NCBI GenBank assembly: GCA_030141605.1
Contig: JAQGDQ010002376.1
Span: 292,422-356,421, forward strand
DNA: 64,000 nucleotides
Source of the DNA: Tubiluchus corallicola
Taxonomy: Eukaryota; Animalia; Priapulida
Direction: 5' to 3'
Below the pieces are notes generated by a model that saw only the letters and a program-made list of their open reading frames with translations, searched no databases and was not told where the DNA came from. The position numbers and the translations under genes were made by a program. Below, one piece after another: positions 13,197 to 26,127 of the stretch. Position 1 is the stretch's first letter. Each line of letters begins with the position of its first letter.

Positions 13197-13756
13197 TGTT
13201 GAGTGTTGACATGATCTTTAGTGTGGCGTGTGCACAATTCATTGTGTGTACAGATGCTTGACTAATAACAAAAACGATGCTGCAATTACATTCGCAATTA
13301 TAAGTATATTGGCAACGCTACTGTTGTGCGCCCTGGTGGTGAATCTGGTGATTTAGGCATGAACGTAAACGTAACGTTTTTGAATTTTTGTTAACAGTTT
13401 ATAAAAGTTAAATTACCGTTACCGTCGAAGGATAGAGGTTAAGCATAAGCAGCTTATGGACCTCTCCACTCTTCCTTGTTTACTTTATTAAAATAAAAAT
13501 TAACAAAATTTGTGGCCACACTGCGATCATGAAGTATAGCACAAGATTTCCTGAGTGTTGCCATTGTGGCAATCTGGGATCTTTATATTTTTCTGGATTG
13601 CATTTCTAGTGTCTATCAAGACGAATCTTAAACTGGGCAGGATTGGAGGCTTGAACTACAGCGTCAAGCAACATGTTCCACTCATTAATTACTCCCTTTG
13701 CAAATGTGAACCTCCTGTTATGAGTCGAGTGGAGCCAAGTAGACCAATTGGTCTAC

Positions 13757-14567
13757 TAGGGCTGCCCAAGTAGGACACTAGAGACAGGTCGCGAATTGAG
13801 TCGTTAACTGTACTGACACCGTCCGTTGTGCTTGTTTATGTAATAATAATAATTAAAAACGTTAGTACACGTTGAATAATTTGTTATACATCTAATAAAA
13901 TAAAAGAATTTTATTCTGAGCTGGTAGAACGGACAATATTAAATTTGGTTTCGATATTAATGTTGTTGAAGTGAAAAAAACCACTTTTTTGCGAATTCAA
14001 CATTTGTTTAAGGTATATCATTTTTGATTTTGTCGCACTTCACAAACAGGTGATCCGTTTCACTACCTCTTGGGCAAATAATTGTTTTCTTATAAGTAAA
14101 CGTTCTAGCGATCTATGTGTCCTGCATGGGCTAGCGAGCCATGTAGGACAGTGCCCTACATGTTACAATATTACTGATAATATTAAAACTAATTATCCTT
14201 GCTTTTCTTAAATGTTAAAAATTACTTTTTTGTGTTGTGAAGGCTTAGCAGCATCTGTCTCATTTTTAAATTTGCAATTATTTCTGTAATAACTGTGTGC
14301 AGAATTTCTCTCTTCAAAGCATTAGATACTAGGTTTAATGTTATGATATATTAATGGAGTTAATCATAATGATGAAATTATTGTAAGAAATGCATTTGTA
14401 AATTGCCAAGGAATATCCGTTTCTAAAAGAAATTTTGTTTTATGCTTTATTATGTCATAACAATACTTATAAACAATGGTAATATAAACTGGAAACAAGA
14501 TTTGCCAGAGCAAGTTTCTCGACAAAAATCGCTAGTGTCCTACTTGGGCTGCCCATGTAGGACACTA
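13757..14567. mobile_element. hAT-like non-autonomous element (TAGGGCTG ends)
   Basis: Left TIR TAGGGCTGCCCAAGTAGGACACTAG (13757-13781). The inverted copy CTAGTGTCCTACTTGGGC (14532-14549) runs directly into another left-end-like GCCCATGTAGGACACTA. A degenerate internal copy lies at ~14117-14160. Confidence 0.6.
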
Positions 14568-15429
14568 CTTTTAGCGCATCGGTTTTACCGGAAGTGGTCT
14601 ACTTGGCTCAGTGGTCCACTCGGCTCCCTACACCTCCTACTCCACCTTTGGGGAACTGTTCTCTGGATTTTGTAGGACTTGATGCCAAAAGTTTGAAAGT
14701 GCTTTTACTAGTCATGAATCAAATATGGTAGGCTATCTGGTGAGTGCTATAAATTCCCCCAGTGACGCTCAGAACAGTTCCCATTGACTGAAATGGATAC
14801 GCTTCAATGATTAGTAAGAGCATTTAGAGAAATTATGGAATTAAGAGAAAACGTGTTACAACTAAATGTAATGAGTGCGAAGGATGACACTCCTATGCGG
14901 AACTAGGAACGACCATATAATGATAGAAGAAAATAATCTGCTCTTGCACATTTAATAGGTTGTGCTGATATTGGAAAAGGTGAAGAGGAGCCAGTGAACC
15001 GCCGCCGCCCATAAATTGGCGCGTTTCCTGCATATTTATGGATTTTTGAAACTGCTTTCTAGCAACTAAAAATAAAATTGAGAATTTTGTTCTATGAAAT
15101 ATACTAATTCCTTGTTTAAAATATAGTTAATCCTTTGAAACATAATCTTTGTTTACATCCACTTACTAAAAACTGTTAGAGGGAAAGTCAACTGACTTCA
15201 TTGATAGCTGTTGTTATGGTATATGGGCTACTTGATGACCTACCTAATGATTGAAAGAGATAATAATCAACTCTAAGTACAAAGGTGGGAGATCTAAAGG
15301 AGAATTAACAGATTTTTAACCTCTGTTATTAGGAAATTATTTGAAAAAAATCTTTATGAAAAGTAACGTTGAAATATTAGAGAGTAACATTTGCAATTTA
15401 CCGGGGGGGGGGGGGGGACATAGAAACAG

Positions 15430-15830
15430 AGGTACATAAGAAACGGTTTCACATTCACAGTATTAGATTATAACAGTGGGATATTAAATCTAACATTGGA
15501 CTAGAGTATAATGGAGATGAAAACTGAATTGTATAATTTATTATGAGATGTAGGAAAATGTTTTTATCGGTTATCATTAAGGGATTGTGGTAATTAAGTG
15601 TTGACTCGTGTGATTCCTTTTTAATGTACAAATTAAATAGTGAAGCCAAGACCATTATTAATAAGCTTATTGGAAGCAACACTCCCAAGTGTAATTAAGT
15701 TGTAAGAAAACTTTTAAGAAGTTTTTGGTAGAACATTTTAAGAAGACCTTTTAATTAATGTCTTTTAATTCTGTAAGATTAAATAATTATATTCTTCTGG
15801 TTGCTTTCTGCTAGTAATTCTGACAAAATG
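15430..15830 (-). mobile_element. Decayed LINE ORF2 C-terminal remnant
   Basis: Broken minus-strand peptides (QKNN.., LKVFLQLNY, SLFNLYIKKESHESTLNYHN) resemble the post-RT region of CR1/L2-type LINEs. Confidence 0.35.
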
Positions 15831-16050
15831 TCTAGTGAAGTAATCACTCTTCAATTGATTTAGCCAAAATGTTTGAAGATTCTAAAATAAATTTGTGTGC
15901 ATTCTTTCAGATGTAATAAGACATGACACTCATGGATACTTATGTATAAAGTCCTGAGATTTATTGACTTATCCAGACAAAGGATTCTAGTTTCGGGAAT
16001 AAAGCTTTAGTGGTAGCTCATTTTATTTTTCCTCAAATACAGCTGTCATC

Positions 16051-19000
16051 ATGTCTCTGTCTAAGAGTGAGGTGGAAGCAGCACGACCAAAGATTGAAAA
16101 AGTTGTGTACAAGTTTTTAGGTTATAGTGAACCGCATTTAGAGTCGGCTTCCGTCAATTGCTATCAAAAACAGTATGAGAAGAAGAAAATGGTACGCAAG
16201 CTGGCTCGTTACCTGGATGAGAAGAAAGCAGAGAAATTGTCTGAAAAACTTTTGCGAGCTTTTAAGGATATTCAAGACCAAGCTTTTGATTTGGGAAAGG
16301 CAAGTAACAATATTTTAGTTCTTCATTTTTTTTCCAAATTGTGCTGTGTTGTTTAATATTTTAAAATTCTATGAAATTCATTTCTCTCTTGTGATTAGTT
16401 TGGAAATTAACTCATCCAACTAATCATGTTTTGCACCACTTGTTTTAAACCACATGTAATATACAGAAACTGCTGCTCGCCTTGACAATAACTAAATGGG
16501 GCATGAATTGTGTCAATGTTGATAATGTGTTAAGCACACTGAATTACATAAAAGATGATTTATTTTGCCTAAAGTGTTTTGAATATTGTTTGCTTATTAG
16601 AAAATTACCAACTTTTAATAATTGTATATTGATTAACAGCCATTTTCGTCAATTTTTTTCTCGAAAAAATTGTTTGATTTGTGATTGGGAAGAGTAAATT
16701 TTAGCAGGGTCTAACTCACTAATGTTAAAAATTAGTGATCTGTCAATTTTTTCTGCATGTATGGCCTGTACATGTACTGTGCATGTACTACCTGCAATTG
16801 TTTTTGAAATCTAAAACTACAACATTCGTTAACAAAGTTGTCTTCTTTTACAAAATCTTTGTGTTAAGATTCATTTTTGATTTTATCTTAATAGTGCACT
16901 GACATTTCAAAAAGCTAGTTTTCTTGCACTATAGTAAAACTAGCTAATTAGATAAGCTGATACATTAAGTAAAAATAAAGACCTTGGGTAAATAATTCAG
17001 ACGTGAATGTTGGAGACAGTTCTTTTTCTGTGATGATGGCGTACTTACTGCACATATGAAGTTTTATTTGCTTATTTTCATTCAGGTGAAACAAGAGTCA
17101 ACTGACGAAGAAAAAGCCAGCAAACGACGACGATTTGATGATGAGGATGATCGTAGGAAAGACAGAAAAGAAGACGGCAAACGAGATAGAGATTCAAGTA
17201 GCAGGAAGAGGTTTTTGTGAAAAATAGCTATTCATATTTGCAGACTTCGTCGTGTCTCTTAGTTTTAATAGCTGAATGGTCGCTGTTCGTGGTTAGAGCT
17301 TTAAGTTAAGCGAACCAAGCTTGGTTAGTAAGGAGATGGGTGTTTGTCCGGAGAATTGTTTACGAGTGGTCCTGCCACTACGAGCTACTTTAAGTAGACG
17401 TTGCTATTGAGCATTGAATGTTGTCTTGGAGAGTGAGTACTTTTGATAATTTCAGTAATGCTTTAAGGTCTATGTAATTTGCTTTTGCAGGTACAGTGAA
17501 GAAATTAATGGCAGCCGGGAGGAGGCAAAACGACCAAAAAGAGACGACAAGAAGGAGAAACCAAAAACTAAACCAGTGTGCAAAATTAATATTCATTATT
17601 TCAAAATTAACAATCAATTTATGGATGCTGTCTCTTTGCTAAGTAGTCATTAAAAATAATAGCAAAATACTATTACCTGACATAGGCAGCTACTGAACAA
17701 TTAACCAGATGCCTTTATAGCGCATGAATGTGCTTAGCAATATTTAATAGTTAAGTATATATTGGCATATATACTTGCCTTTTGGTAAGAAGTTCATAGA
17801 TGGATGAGAAACTTGGAGAATAATTGTTATTACGTAATTTTTAAACATGGTCGTGTTTCTTTAGTATGTTCTGAACTGTTTTTTTTCCATACACATACTA
17901 TAATAGTAATTGAGACTGAGAATGTTAATATAAATAATTCTCTAAAAATTTGAAAATCATGCTTTGACCCTGCCAGTTTTGGTTGTCAGCAACTCATTCC
18001 TGGGTTCCTTTGCAATTTTAAGTAGGTATGTCGAAGAACAGAAGTGTAGTTTCAAAGCAAATTTAATTTGTATAGCAATTACTGCTATGCAATTCTTGTA
18101 ATAAATTATGTCCTGAAAAAATTAGTGGCGTCAAATCGACAGTTGTCAAGGGAGCAGCATTATCTTATGCGTGGAAATCAGACACCATGGAAGCATACAG
18201 TATTAACTGATTAAGTATATTTTTAAAATTCAAGTAAGTCTATTTCAGTCTTGCAGAACATTTGCGTAATAATAGTACAATGTATATTGTGTGGGCCTAG
18301 TTTTGCACAACATAGGCCCACATTTTAAAAAGTTGTGGCGTCCTTGACTCCTCTGACAGTAGCACAGAAGAACCACTGCTGAATAATCTGTAAAAACTGT
18401 CCCACTAATTTGTTTACTCAATTGATTTGTTGCTGCAAGTCTAGCCAAGCAAATTATTGATTAAAGTCCTAGATATCTTGATGTTGCTACTTTGCTCGCA
18501 TTTATGTTACAGACCTGTTACTGTTAGCATTTAATGGCTCACTGGAACTGATTTGACACGTTGCAATATACCGATTTATTTCGAGATATTATTGAATGAA
18601 TGGGAAACTTGTTCTGTAATCAAGTACATGTATCTTAAAAAATCTGAAAATTCATTTTCTGGGTGATACTTTATTTATTCAACAATTTCCTACATGCACA
18701 TATGCACATAATTTCCAAATGGATAATCAAATTTTCTATTGTGATTAATCGTTGAACAGAGTTAGTAATTGTCGTTTGGTTTGATTATGGTAGGAAACGC
18801 AGGAAGATGGTCCTATTCCTGGTCCAGATCCGAATAAACCGAGTCCAGGGATGCTTACAGCAATACAAATTCAGGATATGATGGCAAATGCACAGAGAAT
18901 GATAGAAGAACGAAAGAAACAGTTAAATTTAATAGTAAGTAAGCCTTTAATTCTTTAAAGTATTATATCAAATAAACTTATTTAAAGTCATGAATTATCA

Positions 19001-22000
19001 AATTATGAGGAAAAGAATTCACAAGTTTTTCTTGCACATTCGAGTTCTACTCAAAGTTAGATCACCAATAATTTCTCTGCCGTGATTTTTCTACTTTTTC
19101 CTTGAACAGTTTTTTTTTGTTATGATAAAGCTGGTTGGAACGGCTTTTGTACTTGTCTTGCTGATGTGTATCTTCTTACTTGGTTCATCTTAACCTACAT
19201 ATGCTGTCTTGAATAAGTTCAAGTTAATTGTTCAAATTATCTAACCTTAGCACTTTACTTTGAATTACACGACCTCGCTTGGACCAATGTTTAGTATTTT
19301 CTAGTTAGTATTTTTGTAATAACTATGCATTACTAGCAACCCGTTACATTTAATAGGTGATACATAGTTTTTAGAAGCAAATTTTTGCATAGAGAATTTG
19401 CATACATAAAAAGTAATCCAGAAAAATGTGTAAGAAATTTATTTTCAATGTAATCTTTTTATTGTATGATATTTTACATGTGCATTTTTGTACATGCGGG
19501 TTTAAACCGTTTTCAACAGCTCTGTTATTTAACTGTTTGCAGCCAGTCCAGCCGGGAGTGCAGAACAATGCTCTTGAAGACAAGGCTAAAAGAGCTGCTG
19601 AAATACAAGCAAGGATACAGGTGTGAGCTGCTAATTAACATTCTGCATTAGTCATTCCTTTTTGTTATGTCTTAAACTAACCTGGCACATACTGGTGCAA
19701 TAATAGAGCAGTTTTCAGTAAAAACAGTGTGAATGCTAGAAAGCGTGCGGTAAAGCATTTTTACTTGTCGGTGACATGTAGAACTTTTACACTATCACGT
19801 TTACAAGAGCGACGACAAATTTATTCCCACACTTAATCTTGCTTGGAAACCTTTTTTTAAGTCTTAAATGAAATAGTGTTAAGTACTACACATGTTGTTG
19901 TCTGTTATTTTTTTTATCAAAAATTTTGCACCTCTACTGAGACTAGAACCCAAGACCTTCTCCTTTTTGGGCTATTACACCACAGAGGCACTCTCACGGC
20001 CTGACTTTTCAGACTTCAAATTTACTCTACAAGCCGCTAGAGGCGATTCACGGGAGAATCGTAGTTTATGCTCTATCAAGACTTTGTGATGTCAATCCAA
20101 TAAATTCATGAGTGGTACTGAACTACATTGACATTGAAAAATCTAGCACCTCCATTGGTATTAGAATCAGAGACCTTCTGTTTTCCCAGCAGCTAACTAG
20201 AAGCTTACATGAGATATCAGAGTGATTTTCATAACCCAAAAGAGCATAACTTAGCTTACCATTTGAGATTTCTTGCAGCATGCGATTTAGTTATACAGTA
20301 GGAGCCATTTACTAGACTCACAGTTAATAGAATCAGTCGCTTAATTGACACAAAAATGTCTAGTACGGGCCGCTTCCACTCAAATGTACATAAAAACAGT
20401 CGGCAAGTAACTCATATAGCTCCGCTTAACTGGCTCAATATTTTTGCTTTACGTACTTAAAATAAGATACTTGCATGTGACCAAAGAGCTTTTACTACTT
20501 TTAATGCCACTTATTGTGGTATAAAAGTAGCAACTGTTCCTTATTTTTGTGTACTATGATGCACTTAGAAGTACGTGTAAAGTACGTTTATCATGTGTTG
20601 AAATGCTAGTGTAACAGTTTTGCTTTGAACCTGTCACCCATTCGTCTGCTGCATTTAACCTCCTTGTCCAAGAATTTGTGGAACGTAAACTTTTAATCAC
20701 ATGTCTAGTGGTTTCCCTTTGAAGTTCTTGCTGCTTTTCATGAAATCTTAATTAGTTAACTGTTGCTGTTATGTCACCGATGTATTCTTTGCGACTTTTT
20801 AAGCGTAAACGTCATAGATCAGCTAAGAGCATAGAGTTAATTTTGAAAAATGGAGCATAAAATTTAAAGCTCTCTCAGCCTTTGCAGCGCATTCTAAGCT
20901 GAGGAGTGATGGCTTGTATTTCTATACTAACAATACTATAGCTATCGGACAATAGACTCAGTCGTTTAATTGGCACAGAACTCTTCCATCCCAAAGTGAG
21001 TCTATTAAGCGGCTCTTACTGTATAAACCAATTGTGATTCTATCTAGTACAATAAAAATTGGGGCACTGTTAGGGAAATCCATTGATACTGTCAAATTAA
21101 TTTGATGCTATTTTTTACTCGTATTTTGTTAACCGTATTTTAGGCACATCTTACAGCAAAGCCAAATCTCTTAGTAACACTCTCAGGTGCCGAAGCAGCG
21201 AAAGCCGTTCTGGATCCGTCAAAAGGACCAACACCACTGATTCTTGATGATGAAGGTCGCACAGTGGATTCTTCGGGCAAAGCTATACATGTATGTTTGC
21301 ATTATTTTATTCATGTTTTGTCTTAGGAAGTCAGATAAAATTGTCTCTTACAGTTTACTTGTAATGCTTGCTCCTTCTCCCTCCCTTTCTCTCACAAGAT
21401 GGTCTCTCTGTCTCCTCCCTTTTGAATTTTTTTTGGCTCCCTTGCTGATTATATTTTACTTATGCAATATTGCTCATTTCAAAAAACTTGAATGGTGAAT
21501 GAGCCTAAAAATGTTAAACTTGTAAATTCAGTGTTTCTTATCTTTTTTGTATGCGGATTTCTAAACCTATATAAACATTTTTGGGTAAAATTGCGAAATT
21601 TTCAAGTTTAACTTACCAGATGTATTATTTGTTTGCATTATATTTAATGCAGCGTCTTTTGTCCTAAAATTACAACTGTTAATAGCAGCTGCTTTAATGC
21701 AGGTACAGCAATATTCGAGTTATTTCTCAAAAAACTATAATACAATATTTTAATATATTATAATATACGGTGTTTCAAACTTAATATCCAAATACCAAAA
21801 AAGTCTAGTGACTGTTAACCCCGTTATAACTAACATTTTTGCGAGTACAAGATTATCAAACAATATGAAAGTGAATTGAGGTTGTAGTGACAGGTTTTTT
21901 TCCTTTTTACAGATACCTCAGTATACTCCAACCCTGAAAGCAAACATTCGCGCGAAACGAAGGGAAGAATTTAAAATGGTCCTCCAGGAGAAGCTTCCAG

Positions 22001-25000
22001 AAGAGCTTTCAGAAGCTAGTAAATTCTTTGATCCGCGCATGCCAGCGAAGATGTCGCAAAGAACTAGAAGGAAGTTCCACTTTGTCGAACACGGTCGATA
22101 TGTACAGATGGAACAACGACTCAAGACAAAAGCGCAGTTGGAAAAGTTACAGAAGGAAATTGCACAGGTACAAAGTACAGTTTTACCTAGTGGATTGTAC
22201 ACCTGTTACTTTTCAATTTTCAATTCCTGCTAAATCTGTAGAATAACTACGAAATCTTAACTAATATAACTGGGAGTTGACAAGCTCTGAAGTTTTTTGC
22301 ATTTGTTTTACATTTCCACTTCATTGGAAGTATATTTAAAAAGAACCAGATGTTTTGCTGCTATGAACAGATTGTAACTTAGCATTCTTTAGTTATTGAC
22401 TTGGTTTTTGGAAATTTTAACCTTCCACCGCATTTGAACAAGAAATTATGGATTTTAAGGTTCATTTTTAGTTCATTATTTAGCCGAAAGAACTTAGCCG
22501 ACAGAATAAAACTTTAATAGGTAACAGGGGTCATAATTTCAAGCTTATTGATGATGGCATCATCAGTAAAAAGCCCAAGATCCTGTCATTTCAAAATACA
22601 TTGTAAAGTATTATGTACCTAGCCTAGAGAAAACATTTCTGGATGATTGATAGGGCTCCAGTTCTGACATCATAATTCTACTGAATGGCACAAAATGGCT
22701 ACATTTGGAAAAAGCTAACTTAAAGATTTATCCCATTAAAATAGATATTGCAACAGGTGTTAAGTTTATGGTATACAGCCTATTTGTACTTTTTTAGCAA
22801 ATTGATTTTTGTGCTATCTGCTGCACGGTGTAAAGAATAGTTCATAATGTTGCTCATAAAACTCACTGTACAGGTTGCCAAGAAGACTGGAATCCAATCT
22901 GCTACGGTCTTGACGAAGATTGCCCCGAAGAAAGAGCTGCTAGCTGATGAGATTCCAGACGTAGAATGGTGGGACGCTGTGATACTCCAGAATGAGGCTT
23001 ACGAAAGCTTGGATAAGAGGCTGGAGGGTCAGGATGAATTTGAAGGCATTACGAATCTCGTTGAGCACCCAATTCAGATGAAACCTCCCACAGCTGAGGA
23101 AATGGTAATGCATATATTTTTTTCTGTTTCTGCTTTATTAAAAATTTGTGTGATTTTTTCGCATTTATTTATTTATTGAATACAAGATAGTCGGTTAAAT
23201 GTTTGATTATTTATCAGATAATCAATAAACTTTGTACCATTACGGCTACAAAACTTACAACTTGTACAGATCGTTTGCAGGTACAGTATACCCAGTACAG
23301 TACATATTTTTAGTAATTGAGTGAAATTTGTGTCTCTGTCACAAATGTAGTTATTAATTTTATACTACAAACGCTTTTTTTGTATATCCTGAAAACGTTC
23401 AGATAATACAGTCAAACCTAGTTATACTGCCGCCCGCCCCCCATTATAACACCAGCCTTGCCATAATGCCAACTACAGTAGTCGCCGCTTAATTGACTCA
23501 CTTTTGGACCGACATGTTTTGACCCAATTAACCGATTGAACCTATTTACCGATGGGTGTAGTATTACTGCTATAGAAGTATGAGTCATCAGCTATGCACT
23601 GCAAAAGCTTTTAATCAATTTTAGAAACGAAGTAACGCCTAAATTCCTTTGTGCAGTTAAAAATTAGAAAAAATATTTTAAAATATTAATTTATATAAGT
23701 GAATTAACAATAAATTAAAAACTATACTTTTCTAAATCACACAAGTCTGAATTGGGCATGACTAAAACAGTTCCGAATCGTCTGCTCACTTGCATTGCTA
23801 CATGACATAGCCAGTAAATGTACCGTACCTGCATATTTGACTATTAACTCATTAAGCCTGAAAGCGTGATTTGCAACTAGAGCATCAAAAGAAAACCGCT
23901 AAGCAAGTGATTAAATGTTTAGCTTCCAGAAATTCTTTGGGTAACGAGGTTAATTGCAGCGGGCGAGCGGGTAACAGATTCAAAGCAAAACCACTACGCT
24001 AAGTGTATTAGAGGCATGATAAACGTACATGTTTCCAAACAAAAGGGAAGTAAAGATGACATAAAAGTAGGAAAGGCTGTTTGGGGACATACATGTGTCT
24101 TATTTTAAGTACGTGAAGGAAAAATAGTGAGTCAATTAAGCGAAGTTATTTAAGTCAATTACCGATAGTTTTTATGCATATTTGAATAGAAGCAGCCGGT
24201 TCCAGGTATTTTTGAGTCAATTAAGCGACTGAGTCTATTAAGCGGCAACTACTGTATTGCCCTGTCCCACTTTCCATAATATATTAAATATAAGGAATAC
24301 CGCCAACCTCGCCTACCGCCATATCTGCTGTGCCAAAAGTCTGTTTTACATAATAAATTTATTCTGTTATGACTCCAGCCAAGATAAAGCACAGGGATTT
24401 TACGGCTGTAAAAGCTATTTGACTCAAGGTAAAGTTATATGCGACAGCTATATATAGTATTAATTATCTAGTAATGTTACGTTGGGAGCTTGGATGGGCT
24501 GCGTGGCTGCATATTCCTCTTATCAGGAGACAGCAGTATTTCACAAGACTCTACTCCACATTGTGTTACCTAAAAGTTTTGCATCACACGGCCCTAGGAC
24601 TATTACCTGCATTAATTTTGTTGATGCACAGTACAAATGTGTACTGAATAGCAAAAATGTACAGTATTATACATGTATTATTGTAGCGTAATAATAATTT
24701 ACTATTTATGACATATTAAAGTTAACTAGGAAACAAAATAGAGGTTACAGACTAGAACGGCTTTGATATTTAATGAACCTCAGCTTACCGCCAACACCAC
24801 TATAGCGCCATATTTAGTGGTGTCCCAGACCTGGCGTTATAACGAGGTTTGACTGTAATTAGTAAAAGGAGAACTGCACTTGATCTAATGTTATAGTTGT
24901 TGTTATCATAATTAGGGATATTTGTTTCGTCTTACAAGAAATTAATAAGCAAAAGGAGAGAATCATTAATATTAAATTCTATCATGAAGAGAAGTGGTAG

Positions 25001-26127
25001 AGATAAATCTAGCTTCACTGCTTAAAAATACAACATACAAGTGTCCTTACATATTTAGCTGCCAGGCTCCACAGATGCAGCTGCCATACCTGTAATGCTC
25101 ACAAAGAAGGAAAGGAGGAAATTGCGGCGGATGAACCGACGAGAAACGTGGAAGGAGAAGCAAGAGAAGATCCGCCTGGGACTAGAACCTCCTCCGGAAC
25201 CTAAAGTGCGCATGTCGAATTTGATGCGTGTTCTCGGAACTGAACAGGTGCGAAATATGATGTTACGACTATTACATTAATTCGCAATTTTAGTATTTAC
25301 AGTTCTGTGTGAACAGTCATGCTTGCAAGATGTTCAGTTTTAATTGGTGTTGTATTCTTTTAGTGTATTTAGATGTTTACTAGTCTATATTATGTCTAGT
25401 AAATTTCTGCAGTAGGAACCCAATCACTGACATAATAATTAGCATAGCTGTCAGGGATCTAAAAGATGAGTTTTTGGAGTGTCAAATAAGTGATTAAATA
25501 TAGTAACATGACATGAGTTTTTTGCTGGTACAGGTACAAGATCCTACAAAGATCGAAGCTCACGTGCGAGCACAAATGGCAAAACGGCAGAAAGCACATG
25601 AAGAGGCCAATGCAGCTAGGAAGCTTACTAAAGAACAAGTGCGTGACAAAAAGATCAAGAAAATCAAAGAGGATACATCCAAAGGTGTGCACATTTCCGT
25701 TTACCGTGTGAAGGATCTCTCAAACCCCTCGAAAAAGTTCAAGGTGGAAACGAACTGCAAACAGTTGCTTATGACAGGCACTGTAGTGTTTTATCGGGAC
25801 TGCAATGTCATCGTTGTCGAAGGAGGGCCAAGGCAACAGAAAAAATACCGACGATTAATGTTGCACAGAATCAAGTGGGCAGAAGATACGAAATTAGACG
25901 AGAAGAAACGAAAAGATTCGGCATTTGATAGTAAAGAGGTTTCATCTACGAATAGTTGTGTGTTAGTCTGGGAAGGCATGGTGAAAGAAAGAAACTTTGG
26001 TGAGATGAAATTTAAGCTGTGCCCCACTGAAGCTTTCGCTCGTGAGCATTTTCGCAAGCACAATGTTGAACACTACTGGGATTTAGCGTATACACAGTCA
26101 ATTGTAGAAAAGACAGAGGTGGAGTAA
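16051..26127 (+). CDS. PRPF3: U4/U6 snRNP protein Prp3 (~697 aa)
   Basis: Exons 16051-16299, 17086-17210, 17491-17575, 18794-18934, 19543-19620, 21144-21290, 21913-22167, 22874-23104, 25059-25247 and 25534-26127 are phase-consistent. N-terminal PWI-like domain, then [111 protein letters not shown] and a C-terminal EHYWDLA. Confidence 0.97.
17283..17355 (+). pseudogene. 5S rRNA-derived fragment (5S pseudogene or SINE3 head) in a PRPF3 intron
   Basis: AAGTTAAGCGAACCAAGCTTGGTTAGTAAGGAGATGGGTG resembles the 5S internal control region (AAGTTAAGC...TGGTTAGTACTTGGATGGG); the ends are degenerate. Confidence 0.5.
19920..20000 (-). mobile_element. tRNA-derived SINE-like head (degenerate)
   Basis: Minus strand has A-box-like TGGTGTAATAG and B-box-like GGTTCTAGTC. 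A related partial copy lies at ~20137-20190. No full cloverleaf. Confidence 0.35.
20296..21021. mobile_element. Tc1/mariner-pogo (Tigger-like) MITE
   Basis: TA|CAGTAGGAGCCATTTACTAGACTC ... GAGTCTATTAAGCGGCTCTTACTG|TA: imperfect TIRs with TA target duplication; related to the element at 23476-24254. Confidence 0.75.
23409..24855. mobile_element. Tigger-like MITE (outer element of a nested pair)
   Basis: TA|CAGTCAAACCTAGTTATA ... TATAACGAGGTTTGACTG|TA. Confidence 0.8.
23476..24254. mobile_element. Tigger-like MITE nested inside 23409-24855
   Basis: TA|CAGTAGTCGCCGCTTAATTGACTCA ... TGAGTCTATTAAGCGGCAACTACTG|TA. Confidence 0.8.

Noticed and set aside
13325-13345. CTCF-like site GCGCCCTGGTGG
   Set aside because: Two bases short of the consensus spacing; cannot be supported from sequence alone.
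15403-15417. Poly-G run (and poly-C at ~59319-59332) as functional G-quadruplexes
   Set aside because: Simple homopolymers next to decayed repeats, with no further support.
17029-17085. Box C/D snoRNA (GTGATGA) in a PRPF3 intron
   Set aside because: No box D (CTGA) or terminal stem before the acceptor.
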